From contig JAIVFI010000031.1 of the NCBI GenBank assembly GCA_025558095.1, positions 310,001 to 374,000 on the forward strand: a DNA stretch of 64,000 bases, given 5' to 3'. Source of the stretch: Hyaloraphidium curvatum SAG 235-1. Taxonomy: Eukaryota; Fungi; Monoblepharomycota. Position numbers and translations under genes: made by a program. The stretch's first letter is position 1, and the number at the start of each line of letters is the position of its first letter. The notes beneath the pieces were generated by a model. The model was given only the letters and a program-made list of their open reading frames with translations. It did no database searches and was not told where the DNA came from. Shown one piece after another: positions 47,685 to 57,990 of the stretch.

Positions 47685-49165
47685 GAAATAGGAGCAAGCA
47701 CTGTACTTGTATTGTTCAGCCAAGATCTCGTTGTGCCACTTCCGTCGGCGAAAGGGCTGAGCGTGATCAGATCGAGTGATCAACCCCACCGACACAGAAT
47801 TCAGGCATCGACCGGGCAACCTCGACCGAGTCTCCGCGCCGGGCCGCCCACGGCAACGCGTCTTCCGCGCTCTTCATTTCGCTGCCGTGATCCGTCGCGC
47901 GGCGGGGACCCCGGCGCGCCGGTACTGCTGCCGAACCGTTCCCGAGTTCCTCGCACTCGCTGCATGTCCGCCGCTCCCGCCGCTACTGACCTCGCTTAAG
48001 CGTGCTTCTGACACGTGTTTCCTCTTCTCCCCCCTCAGGTCCTCGTCTTGGGGAGCTCTCCGGGTGGGTGCCTTCCGCCGTCCCCTCTTCGCTGATCCGC
48101 ACCGCTCCCTCCTTCCCTTCCCCGCAGGCTCGCTCATAGTCGCCAGCATCATCAGGTACGTGGCGCCGGGTTCTCGTTTGCTCATCTGCTGACCCGAACC
48201 GCGACCTCAGTGTTCGGCTCCTGGGCGGACGGCGACCAACGGCGACAGCGCGGCCTGCCGAGGCGATGGGGAGTGGCTATATGAACAAGTTAGCATCGAG
48301 TGTACGTGCCAGGTGGAGCTGAATACACGGGTTTCAACACTGGTATGGCTGTACGAGTCCGGGAGCATCGAGACCTCCGGCGCCGCCTGCGGCAGCATCT
48401 GTATCCGGACCGCGGACCCTGGCGACATCTCAAACGGAGGCATGTCCCAGGGGGCATCTGGATGAACTGCTCTCCAAGAGCTGCATCTGGATGTCACCAG
48501 ATTTGTCTTCTCGGATTCTGGTAGCATCTCGAGCATCTGGGAGCCTCGAGGTGCTTCGGGATGTCTCTGGATGGACTCGAAGGATTTCCTGATGGAATGA
48601 CGGCTGTATGAGTATGAATGAACTCGTATGGTCCCAACCTTCATTCGCAGATCCTTGCGGTCTTCCGTTACAGCCGCTGATCGAGGGTCAGTTCATCCCG
48701 CGGCGACGCCCGACGGCAACCCACGAGGTCGACTCATCGAGGACAGCATGCGTGGGCAGACGATCATCTCGGCGGAGCCCTCGGCGAGCTGCTTCCTGCC
48801 GGGCGTGTTCCGTGCCTTGGAATGAGGGCTGAGTCGCCCTTGCAGGAAAGCAACCGAGTCCCTAGTGCGATTATTGCAGTGGACAGCCACCGGAGCGCCG
48901 TGACGCCGTCGCAATAGCCCGCATCGGTGCCCGGGCGGCAGCGCGGTCCGCCGCAGGTCCGCCGCACGACCCGCCCGGCTCCCGGCAGAGGAACTGCGGC
49001 TTGACTGCCACCCAGCCGTGGTTTCCTGGTTTCCCGCCCCAGCCTGCGCGCGCCTCCAAGCCCTTTCGCGGGTCCCTGGCTCCGCACGAAACAAACGCTT
49101 CCCGGCCCCGCCCCGCCCATCCGCGCGCCCCGCGCCCCCGTCCAGTTCACCCTTCCCGCAACACG

Positions 49166-50318
49166 ATGGCCGAAGTGTCGACGACGCAAGTGCGGGAGCC
49201 GGCTACGGGCTTCCCCGCCGACGACGGCCTGCCCAAGGTGTTTGCCGGCAACCTGCCGTTCTCGGCCACGGAGGACTCGCTCAAGGCATTCTTCCGCGAG
49301 GCCGCCGAGCCGTGGGTGTTTCCCGCGGGGGCGGGGGGCCGCATCGCCCCCTGCCGCCCCTCCCCCATGTCCCCCTCCCCCTTTCCATTAAAACGGCGCC
49401 CCGCAGCAAATACGCAAACATCATCCACCGCGGCACGCGCTCGCTCGGCTACGGCTTCGTGGCATTCACCTCGGACGCCGACGCCGAGAAGGCCGTGCAA
49501 ATGATGGACAAGAAGGAGATGGAAGGCAGGCAGATCAACGTCGAGCTGGCCAAGGCCAAGGTGGGCCCCGCACGCGGCCGGGTCGCATTCATTCGATCCG
49601 TGTGCTGACGGGTGTATCGTGCAGGAGGACGGCGTGCCCCGCGGACGCGGGCGCGGCGTGTACCGCGGGACGGGCGAGTTCCGCGGGCGCGGCACGCGCG
49701 GCCGGGGCGCCCCCAGGGGCCGCGGCAGGGTGAGCGTCGTCCTGCCTGCCGGCCGCTGTTTCTCATCGTCTGACCGCCGCCCCCGTTTTGCAGGGAGGTG
49801 CGACCGGCGCCGCCCCCGCCGACGGCGAGGCCGCGGCCCCCGCCCCCGCCGCCGACGGCGACGCCCCCGCGCCCGCCGCCGACGGTGCCCCCCCCGCCCG
49901 TGGCCGTGGCCGCGGCCGCGGCCGCGTCGCGCGCGGCGCCGCGGCCCCCCGCGCGCCCCGCCCGGCCCCCGAGGGCGAGCCCAGCAAGACCACGCTGTTC
50001 GTCGCCAACCTGCCCTTCACGCTCGACGACGCCGGGCTCAAGCAGATCTTCCAGGAGTACCGCGTCACTTCGACGCACGTGGTGCGGATGAAGAGCGGGC
50101 GGAGCAAGGGGTTCGGCTTCGTCGAGGTGGCGGACGAGGCGGAGCAGAAGAAGGTGCTGGGGGAGCTCAAGAGCGCCACCGTCAACGGGCGCGAGCTCAC
50201 GATCAAGGTGGCGTACACGAGCCAGGTCAAGCCCGAGGGCGACGAGGGCGAGGCCGCCGAGGTCGCCGCCGAGTCGGGCGCGCCCCCGGCCGAAGCGCAG
50301 GCCGAGGTGCAGGCCTGA
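49166..50318 (+). CDS. Two-RRM RNA-binding protein with central RGG region (Sbp1-like); multi-exon
   Basis: KVFAGNLPF...RSLGYGFVAF, RGRGRG repeats, TLFVANLPF...RSKGFGFVEV. Confidence 0.85.
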
Positions 50319-50790
50319 GGCCCCCGCGCGGCGGTATCCCTGCGGGCGGTGTATGTGCCCCCAGGGAGCGGTATCTAAACTGATGGCGCACGCGCACGCT
50401 GCGAGCCGACGCCTCCCTGCGCGAAGTCATGGATGCGATGCCACCGCGAATCGTGGACGTCCGAGGGTCCGCGCATGCACCGTACCCTGCATATCCGAGC
50501 CTGTGGCAGCATGGCCGCCGTCCCGCCACCGGTCCGCCCGGCGGGGACCGAAGGAAGGGTCCGACGTCGAGTCACCGCGGCGGGTTCTCTGACCGGTTAC
50601 TCACGAATCCGAATCCGCCCGCCGGATCCCGCCGCCGAGCTCGCTTCCTCGTACTGGCCCCGATCCGGTTCGGACAGCAGCCCTCCGAGGCACGACATCG
50701 GGCCCGCTCCGCTTCGGGCGGCAATAAACCTGCGGCGGCCGTGACGGCTGGGGCGCTGAAATCCAGCTTCCAATATAGCCGCGTGCCCAC

Positions 50791-52356
50791 ATGACCGGCC
50801 CCGCACACGAGGGCGGCGGCGCGGACGCACGGGACGGCGATGCGGCGGAGGACGCGGGGGGCCCGGGCGGCGGGCGCGATGCGGGGGAGGCGCGGCGGGG
50901 GGCCGGCGGCGGCGGCGGGGATGGTCCGCCGTCTGACGGGGGACCACGGGGGGCCGAGGGGCACTCCGGGGCCCCCGCGCACGCCAACGGGGACCCGCGA
51001 GATGCGCCGGCGGGGGCCGGGGCCGCGCAGCCGCCGGGGGAGCCCGCCGCGGGGACGCCGCCCGATGAGGCTATTCCGGCGGGCGCGCTGGCGGCGGCCC
51101 CCGAGGCGCCCCGCGGCCCGCCGCCCGGCCTGAGGCCCGTGTCGGTGTTCTCGCTCAACTGCTACCTCATCCCGGCATTCTTCCTGGAGCACTACACAAA
51201 GGGCGGCGCCGCCGGCGAGCCCGCGTACGACCTCGCCTCGTGCCGCGACCAGGCCGTGCGCGCAGCCCGCATCGGCGCCGCAGTGCGCAGCAGGCGCCCG
51301 CACCTCGTCGCGCTGCAGGAGGCCTGGGGCGGCGCCAGCGACGTGCTGCTGGCCGCGCTCGAGGCGCCCGGCGGCGACCCCTGCGAGGTCGTGCTGGGCA
51401 GGCCGTGGGGCTTCGGCGGCTGGCTCGCCGGTTCCACGCTGGCGGACATGATCAACGCCGCGTGGGCTACCGTGTGCCGCTACGGCGGCCTCATGTCGGC
51501 CGTGCGCAGGCCGCCGCGGACGTGGCTCGAAACCCTGACCCTGGGCTGGGCCGGCGTGCCCGACTCCCTGGAACCGCGCCTGCGCGTGCTGCGCTCGCAC
51601 CACCACACCTTCCGGCACGCAGAGGGCGAGGAGTTTATGAACAAGTCTGTCTCGTTCCTGCTCCTGGACGCCTCGTCCTTTTGGGGACCCAACCACCGCC
51701 TGCTGGCCCTCAACACGCACCTGCACTCCCCCGACCCCTTCATCAAGTCGCCGCACCGCACGGTGCAGATCGCCGAGATCAAATCCGTGCTGTGCGACCT
51801 GCGCGCACGGTGGCGCTCCCTCTTCATCTCCTTGTCCCCGGACCACCCCGACCCGGACGAGGCCGAGGCGGCCTCGTGGCGCCGCACCGCCGTCATCCTC
51901 TGCGGCGACCTCAACATCTCCTACCTCTCCGAACCCTCCGCGCACATCGCCGCCCGCGGAGAGGGCGGCCCCCTGCGGCCCTCGGAGGAGTACCTGGACC
52001 TGCTCGCCGCCCTGGACGCGCGCGACCTGTACCTGCCCCCGCACCACGCGGAGCACCTCCTCCGCACCTTCTCCTACGACCCTGCGCGCAACCCGTACGT
52101 CGCGGAGCGGTACCGCGCCAGCAACGAGATGGCGCGCATGGACTTTCTCCTCGCCCTGGACCGCCTCCCCTCTCCTCCCGCCCCCGGGGGGGACGCGGAC
52201 CCTTTGGACCGCGCCGAGGCGCAGCCCGCCGCCGCGGGGCTGGAACTGCTCCGCCTGGACGGCGCGGTGGAGGTGCTGGATGCGCCCGGGGGGGGCGAAG
52301 GGGTGCTGTCGGACCACTGGGCCGTGGCGGCCGAGGTGTGGCCCGCGGGGAGGTGA
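50791..52356 (+). CDS. Endonuclease/exonuclease/phosphatase (EEP) family protein, sphingomyelinase-like
   Basis: SLNCYL, VALQEAW, LNTHLH, ILCGDLN, RMDFL, LSDHWAV catalytic motifs. Single exon. Confidence 0.85.
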   Translation: MTGPAHEGGGADARDGDAAEDAGGPGGGRDAGEARRGAGGGGGDGPPSDGGPRGAEGHSGAPAHANGDPRDAPAGAGAAQPPGEPAAGTPPDEAIPAGALAAAPEAPRGPPPGLRPVSVFSLNCYLIPAFFLEHYTKGGAAGEPAYDLASCRDQAVRAARIGAAVRSRRPHLVALQEAWGGASDVLLAALEAPGGDPCEVVLGRPWGFGGWLAGSTLADMINAAWATVCRYGGLMSAVRRPPRTWLETLTLGWAGVPDSLEPRLRVLRSHHHTFRHAEGEEFMNKSVSFLLLDASSFWGPNHRLLALNTHLHSPDPFIKSPHRTVQIAEIKSVLCDLRARWRSLFISLSPDHPDPDEAEAASWRRTAVILCGDLNISYLSEPSAHIAARGEGGPLRPSEEYLDLLAALDARDLYLPPHHAEHLLRTFSYDPARNPYVAERYRASNEMARMDFLLALDRLPSPPAPGGDADPLDRAEAQPAAAGLELLRLDGAVEVLDAPGGGEGVLSDHWAVAAEVWPAGR

Positions 52357-52767
52357 TGCGTCGACGGAGCGAGGGCGGGGCTGTGCGGTGCTGTGCGGTG
52401 CGGCGCGGGGAGGGATGGTATCTATTCGGCCCGTTGTTACGGGCCGACTTTTGCACAGGGAACGAGGAATGGAACGGAGGCGTCAAGAGGTGCCGTGCCG
52501 CCGCTCCCGTCGGTCCGCTCCACACATGCACCGAGCCGCACGATCGGTGCTCCTGCATCCCAGCAGTTCGCCGCACGATGCCGTTCTCCCCGTCCGGATC
52601 AGGCGACTTTGCCGCTGGCTGTGTCCCGGGGTGATGACGCGGTGCGGCAAGGCCCCCGAACCGCACGCTCCGCCCCGCGAGGGACGCCGCACTCACCCGT
52701 CCCCTGCCGCCGAAATCCGCATCCTGGCCTCCCTCCGAGGCCCGCTGCACTCTCCCCCGTGCCGAAC

Positions 52768-54329
52768 ATGACAGATCGCGGGCGCCGATGGCGCCCCCGC
52801 CTCGCCGCCGCCGCGGCGCTGGCGCTCCTCCTCCCGCTCTCGCACCCCGCCGCCGCGCACGCCCGCGCGCTTTCCGCCGCCGGCGATCGCCCGCTGGTCG
52901 ATGCGGCGGTGCTTCCGGACCCGCCGATGCGCCGGGCCTTTGGTCCGGAGCCCCGGGCTGCCGGCGATGGCCCGCTGCATTCCCTCTTGCGGCGCCAGCT
53001 GTTCCAGCAGGAATCCCTCTTCTCCAACGCCTCCCTGCGCCCCTGGACCGACGCGGACTTTGCACCGGGGGACGATCCCGATGCGCAGAGCATCGTGGGC
53101 GCGGAGAGGGCGCCGGTGACGATGCAGGCGCCTCCCAGGCCGACCCGGGCGCCTTCGCGGAGCTGGCGCATCGCCCTGGGGCCCTTCCGCATCGTGCCCA
53201 ACAACGTCGATCGGCAGTACTCGAACTTCTACCATGTCACGCCTGTGATTAGTGCGCCCGACGACGCCTGGAGGCATTGCTGACACGTTCCGTTCGCAGG
53301 ACTGCTTCGCGCCCGTGCTGCCCCGGGTTGCCGGGGGCTGGATGCAGTTCTGGAGCGAGAGCTCCAACTACCGCACCGTCGCCACGAAGTCGCCGTTCTT
53401 CGAGGACGCCGCGCTCCTCCAGCCGACGAAGATGGTCTTTGGCGGCGCCTACAACCGTCCTGGGTATGACAACGGCGGCAAATGGCTCATGAGCGTCTTC
53501 AGACACCCAACCAAAGGCGGCACGAACCTCATCGGCTTTTACCACGCCCAAGACAACTACGGGGACCCGCTGAACGGCGGCGCCGCGGCGTGGAAGACGA
53601 TTGGCGTGGCATACTCGGCCAACGACGGCGTCAGCTGGACCAACGGCGGCCTGATCATCACCTCGGCCGAGCCGCGCCCGCCCAACTCGGCGCCCAAGTT
53701 CGGCGGGAACGGGGACCACGGCGCGGTGTGGGACTACGACAACCGCCGCTGGGTGCTGTTCTACGGCGGCGAGAACTGGCTATCCATGGCCATCTCCTCC
53801 GACCCGGACGGGCGCAGGGGCACGTGGTACAAGTACGCCGGGCCGCAGCGCGGGTTCTCGAGCCCGGGCATCCGCGGCAGGGGGTTCCCCGTCGGAGGAA
53901 GCCAGCTCCCGGACGGTTCGTTCGATTGGAACGGGATGAGGGGTCTTTCGCTTAGGGCCGGAAGCAATCCCGGCATCCACTACAACGTCCACCTGGCCAA
54001 ATGGATTATGCTATATAACGGATGGTGCGTACAGGCTCAATCGACGCAGTGGGACGCTGAGAAGCTCACTGCAATCCGCATGCAGGGACAACGCGATCTG
54101 GGTGTCGGCCAACGTCAACATCTCCGACCCCGACGGATGGGAGACCCCCCGCCTCGTGGTGCGGAGCCGCGACGGCACCCGTGCGTGGCATCCCACCGTC
54201 GTGTGCCGGCTGGGCGGCTCGGCCTGGTGCCCCAGCAATGCGGGCCGACTTTACTACGCCGACCAGTGGAGGGCCCCGGACAGGCGGAGCTTTGTCAGTC
54301 GGACGATCACCTTTATTCGCAACGATTAG
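52768..54329 (+). CDS. Secreted beta-propeller glycoside hydrolase-like protein (GH32/GH43 clan-like); multi-exon
   Basis: Signal peptide, LIGFYHA, KTIGVAYSANDGVSW (Asp-box-like), GGNGDHGAVWD, SNPGIHYNVHLAKWIMLY. Introns near 53244-53299 and 54025-54085. Confidence 0.6.
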
Positions 54330-54587
54330 GCCGGGAGAGTGTGGATGGATGTGCCCTAGTTGCCGCCGCATGGAACAAGGACAAGGCCTGGAGTCATTTT
54401 GTAGCTCTCTGTCTGCTCATCTCTGTGTCAATTGATTATCGCTTCGTGCCACTGTCTCCTCTTCGTCGTTGCATTGGCGGCCGGCCGCGGCACATCGGGT
54501 GACGGTCGTCCCCACCTTTTAACTCTTCCTGCAGACTCTCTCCGCGAGACAGTACCGCGTGCGGCTCAAAAAGATACAGGCCAAAGA

Positions 54588-55034
54588 ATGCCGCCGGCTA
54601 CGGAAGGGAAGGGCTCCGGTTCCACGGCTGCGGACCCTTCGAAACCTCCAGCAGTTTTCGTGGCGACGAAGGACCTTGCCCTGGAATCAACGCTGGATTT
54701 CGGGAACCTCCAGTGGAAAACCATCTTTGGCGGCGAGGGCGGACCGTCCACCGGCTTCACGCAAGGAATCGTGTGTGTTCGACCAAAGACGGAGGTCCGG
54801 CGACACCACCACGAGCAGCCCGAGACGTGTTTCGTGCTCAGCGGGTCGGCCCTGGTTTCGACCGGATACGACGGGCAATACGAAGCTCCGAGACGCGTCG
54901 AGGCAGGGGATGCGGTATTCTACCCCTCGAACTGCAGCCATCAAACCTATAACGACACGGACGAGGACTTTGTCGTGCTTTACACCTTTCCGGCTGCTGC
55001 AAAGTTCTCTGACGTTGTCTACTGCTACGAATGA
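54588..55034 (+). CDS. Cupin protein resembling DddK/DddW cupin DMSP lyases
   Basis: GNLQWKTIF...GFTQG...HHHEQPETCFVLSG...GDAVFYPSNCSH...YTFP...FSDVVY. Confidence 0.7.
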   Translation: MPPATEGKGSGSTAADPSKPPAVFVATKDLALESTLDFGNLQWKTIFGGEGGPSTGFTQGIVCVRPKTEVRRHHHEQPETCFVLSGSALVSTGYDGQYEAPRRVEAGDAVFYPSNCSHQTYNDTDEDFVVLYTFPAAAKFSDVVYCYE

Positions 55035-55076
55035 TCTACCATCACATGGAAACGGACATCGCATGGAAAACCTGAA

Positions 55077-56245
55077 CTAGGCGCGCACGAGCAGCTCAAC
55101 GACGCGCTCGACATTGCCTCCGTACCTCTCGAGCATGCCGCGGAGGTTCTCGTCGTCGCCGAGGAACCCCATGCTGTGGAGCGTCGAGACCTTTTCCTCG
55201 ATTTCCGCGGGAGTCGGCCTGGGGTCTGGAGTCCTCGCCGCCTCCGAGCCCCTGGGATCGCGGTGCATCCAGCCGAAGGGCCCCCGGCCATAGGGACCCG
55301 GCCACGTGCGGCCTCCGCGCCCGCCGTACGGTACGCGTTCGGCGTGGTTGTCGGTGCTCGAACTGGCTATCCCAGCTGACGTGTCGGCCTCGTCGTGCTG
55401 GTGCGCCGCCTGCATGTTCTCGAACCACTGGCGGGCAAACGGCGCCCACCAGGGGCCGCCGCCCTCTTCACCTGGCCTCCCACTTCCACCAAGATGTTCC
55501 TGAACGTGCGATGCCCAGCCTTGGAGCTTTCCCTTCAGAGCTTTTCACCCCAACGTCAGCGCCGGTCCTTCAGTTTCGACAATGCCACGCACCTTCGACG
55601 TCGAACTCGCCATCTCCGTTCTCAAAGAGGCGAGAGAACGCTTGCATGTGTGCAGCCATCCCGGGCTTGTTCTGGAACATGTCGTGAAAGTGGGAGATCA
55701 CTGAAGCCACCTGTTCGAAGGCCGGCCCAGAACCGTCCGGAGCCGGTGCGGGCTCCTTGCCCTTGTCTTCGGCGGCAGGCTTGTTTTCGGCGGCATGCGT
55801 CTGCTGGGCTCCTTGCGCTTCGCTTGCTCCGTTCGCATCACCCGCCACAGCCATGTCCACGTCCGACTCGGGAGCTAGGGAACCGAGATCTTCGTTCGAC
55901 AGGAGCTGCTCGATAGGCGTCGCCTTTCCACCGTGCTTAAGAACCACTTCGAATCGCAAGGTGTTGTTCCCGGTGGCCTTGGCCAGGGCGAAGAGCTCCG
56001 CGAGCTCCGCGTCCGAATCGATAGCAATTATGTCGCCCTCCTGGTCCCGGTAGCCCACGAAGAATGACGATGGCGCGAGATCCGTCACCCGGGGCAGCCT
56101 CTGGATCTGTTGACCGCCGTCAGATCGGTTCAAATGCCGCGTTGAACGCACGAACCTGTCCGGCAACCTGGGCCCAAGACGCAGTTTCCTCGATGGGGAA
56201 GCGCCGGAGGACGCCGTCGTACGCAACTTTGACGGTGAAGCTCAT
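55077..56245 (-). CDS. PB1 + UBA domain protein (p62/SQSTM1/NBR1-like); multi-exon
   Basis: MSFTVKVAYDGVLRRF...YRDQEGDIIAIDSDAEL (PB1 with basic and OPCA motifs). C-terminal LHSMGF...LERYGGNVERVVELL (UBA). Confidence 0.8.
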
Positions 56246-56503
56246 TGTGCTGAATTGGCCGGCTGTCTCCAGCGTACGGAGGGGAAGCTTTTGTAGCCGG
56301 AGAAAGGTGAGGTCGACGCGCAAGCGGGTCGGCGGGGGATTACGCAACACCCAACTCTCGTCCACGACCTTCCATAGCGTGCTGCTTATGCGATTGCTCA
56401 GTCTATAGCGGTAAATCTTTATGTACAGGCCACCTCCAGTGAGCATCTACAAGCTCTTGCAATGCAACCGCGCTAACCGAGCGAGAATGAATGAGAGAGG
56501 TGT

Positions 56504-57148
56504 TCAAGCGCTGGCAAACACGGCGTCCATGAAACTTCGCCACGCAGCAGTGCCGTCCTCGGCAAAGCGCTTAACATTCGGATGGTCCGTAATGACGGAA
56601 AAGGCGAGGGAAGGGGAAGGAAGAGGGGAGGGCGGCAGGTTGACGATCTGCGGGAAGACAATCATGGGCACGTCGACCATGTGACCGCCCTCGAGCTTAA
56701 ATTGCTCCCAGTCGCCGAGTAGTGCGTCCGAGGTAAGGACCGGGAGGCTTCGGCTCCGCGCAACGGCGATCTGATAGAGCGCCGCGTCTCGGAAGGTGCC
56801 CCGAGCTGGCGAGGAAGCGGGGCCGACCGGCGACGGCGCCGCGTCCGAAGAAGAATCGGACTCAAAGTCCTGCGCGGTCCATGTAAGCGTTCCAGAGGAC
56901 CGTGTCGTTAGCGACAACAGGCCTCCAGCGGCGATGTGCTCAAAGTCGCCGCCGACCGTCGAGCCGACCGAGGCAGTCGGTGAACTGCAGCCGTCCGAAA
57001 AGCTGTCGGAAGTGCGCAACTGATTGAATCGGCTCTTGTCCGGGGCGAACCAGGGGTCGGACCAGGGTTGGCCACTACCCGAGCCCACGGGCCAAGCCGC
57101 GCCGACACCTCCCTGCATCTCCGAAAAAGGTGGCACAGGCGATGACAT
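56504..57148 (-). CDS. Hypothetical Ser/Pro-rich protein
   Basis: Open frame from MSSPVPPF, low complexity, no family recognised. Confidence 0.35.
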   Translation of the reverse strand: MSSPVPPFSEMQGGVGAAWPVGSGSGQPWSDPWFAPDKSRFNQLRTSDSFSDGCSSPTASVGSTVGGDFEHIAAGGLLSLTTRSSGTLTWTAQDFESDSSSDAAPSPVGPASSPARGTFRDAALYQIAVARSRSLPVLTSDALLGDWEQFKLEGGHMVDVPMIVFPQIVNLPPSPLPSPSLAFSVITDHPNVKRFAEDGTAAWRSFMDAVFASA

Positions 57149-57990
57149 GCCGTCTTGAGTAGGAAAGGTGCGCGAGGGAACGTCCGGCTTGCCCGCTCGA
57201 AGAGAAGCGGAGCGCAAATTGCGCCGTGCCGGCTCTTGCCGGCCGTCGCCGCGCTGCCGGCGCTCTTGCGCGGACTCGTATGGAGCCGGGGAGTGGCGAC
57301 ACGTGTTCTTCGACCCGCATTTCAAGCACGGGACCGGGGGCCTGAAGACGAAAGGGGATCAGGGGTCTGCCGGCGCCACGTCGCGAGGTCCCGGCAAGCG
57401 AACGCCGGCGAACGTACCGGGACATCGTCGATGTTGTTTTCCGAGATTATTGGCGGATAGCTGTGGCGCCACGCCGGGTGACGAAGGCCGGGATTTGTTT
57501 CCGCTTTTGCCACCGGGAATGGTCCCCTCCTGGTTCGCCAAGTAGCAACGGGTTTAGGGCTCCGAGCCCGGCGCCGATGCTTCGAAAGTCGTCGGCTAAG
57601 CAGCCGATGATGGGGAGCTTGTCAGCGAGAAGTGCCGCTCTGGTGTTCTCCTTCTGCACCCGATTCGGTAGTTCGGGCGGCTTCGGTTTCGCTTTCCTGG
57701 AGCCGTTTCGAACGTCCAAACCAGCAACGAGGTCGAGAGGAGCTTTCAGGCGATATTGCAGCACAGGAATAGAACGACGATGTTGGCCAAGCGGGTTGTG
57801 CGCAGGGCGGGAAGCAAATCCCGGCTCTTCCGTGCCGCCGCCGCACCGCCACCGATCATCGGCGAGTGAGGAGTGAGGACTTCATTCACTCCAGAGTCGA
57901 CGACAATGTAATCCGACGGCCGATACACGGAGCATAACTACTACCCTCCATTTTCTATTTTGCGAAAGGAATGTCCAGCCTCAGTTAGGT

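Noticed and set aside
50572-52317. 581-aa minus-strand ORF, and similar long ORFs at 58013-59413(+), 31042-32082(+), 5390-6700(-) and 32253-33983(-)
   Set aside because: These are antisense or off-frame shadows of recognisable genes. High GC3 suppresses stop codons, and the products are Arg/Gly/Pro-rich with no independent motifs.
56504-57513. Possible ornithine decarboxylase antizyme with a +1 frameshift at the TGA near 57322
   Set aside because: The +1 frame does not lead into the long downstream ORF, and the antizyme C-terminal signature is absent.
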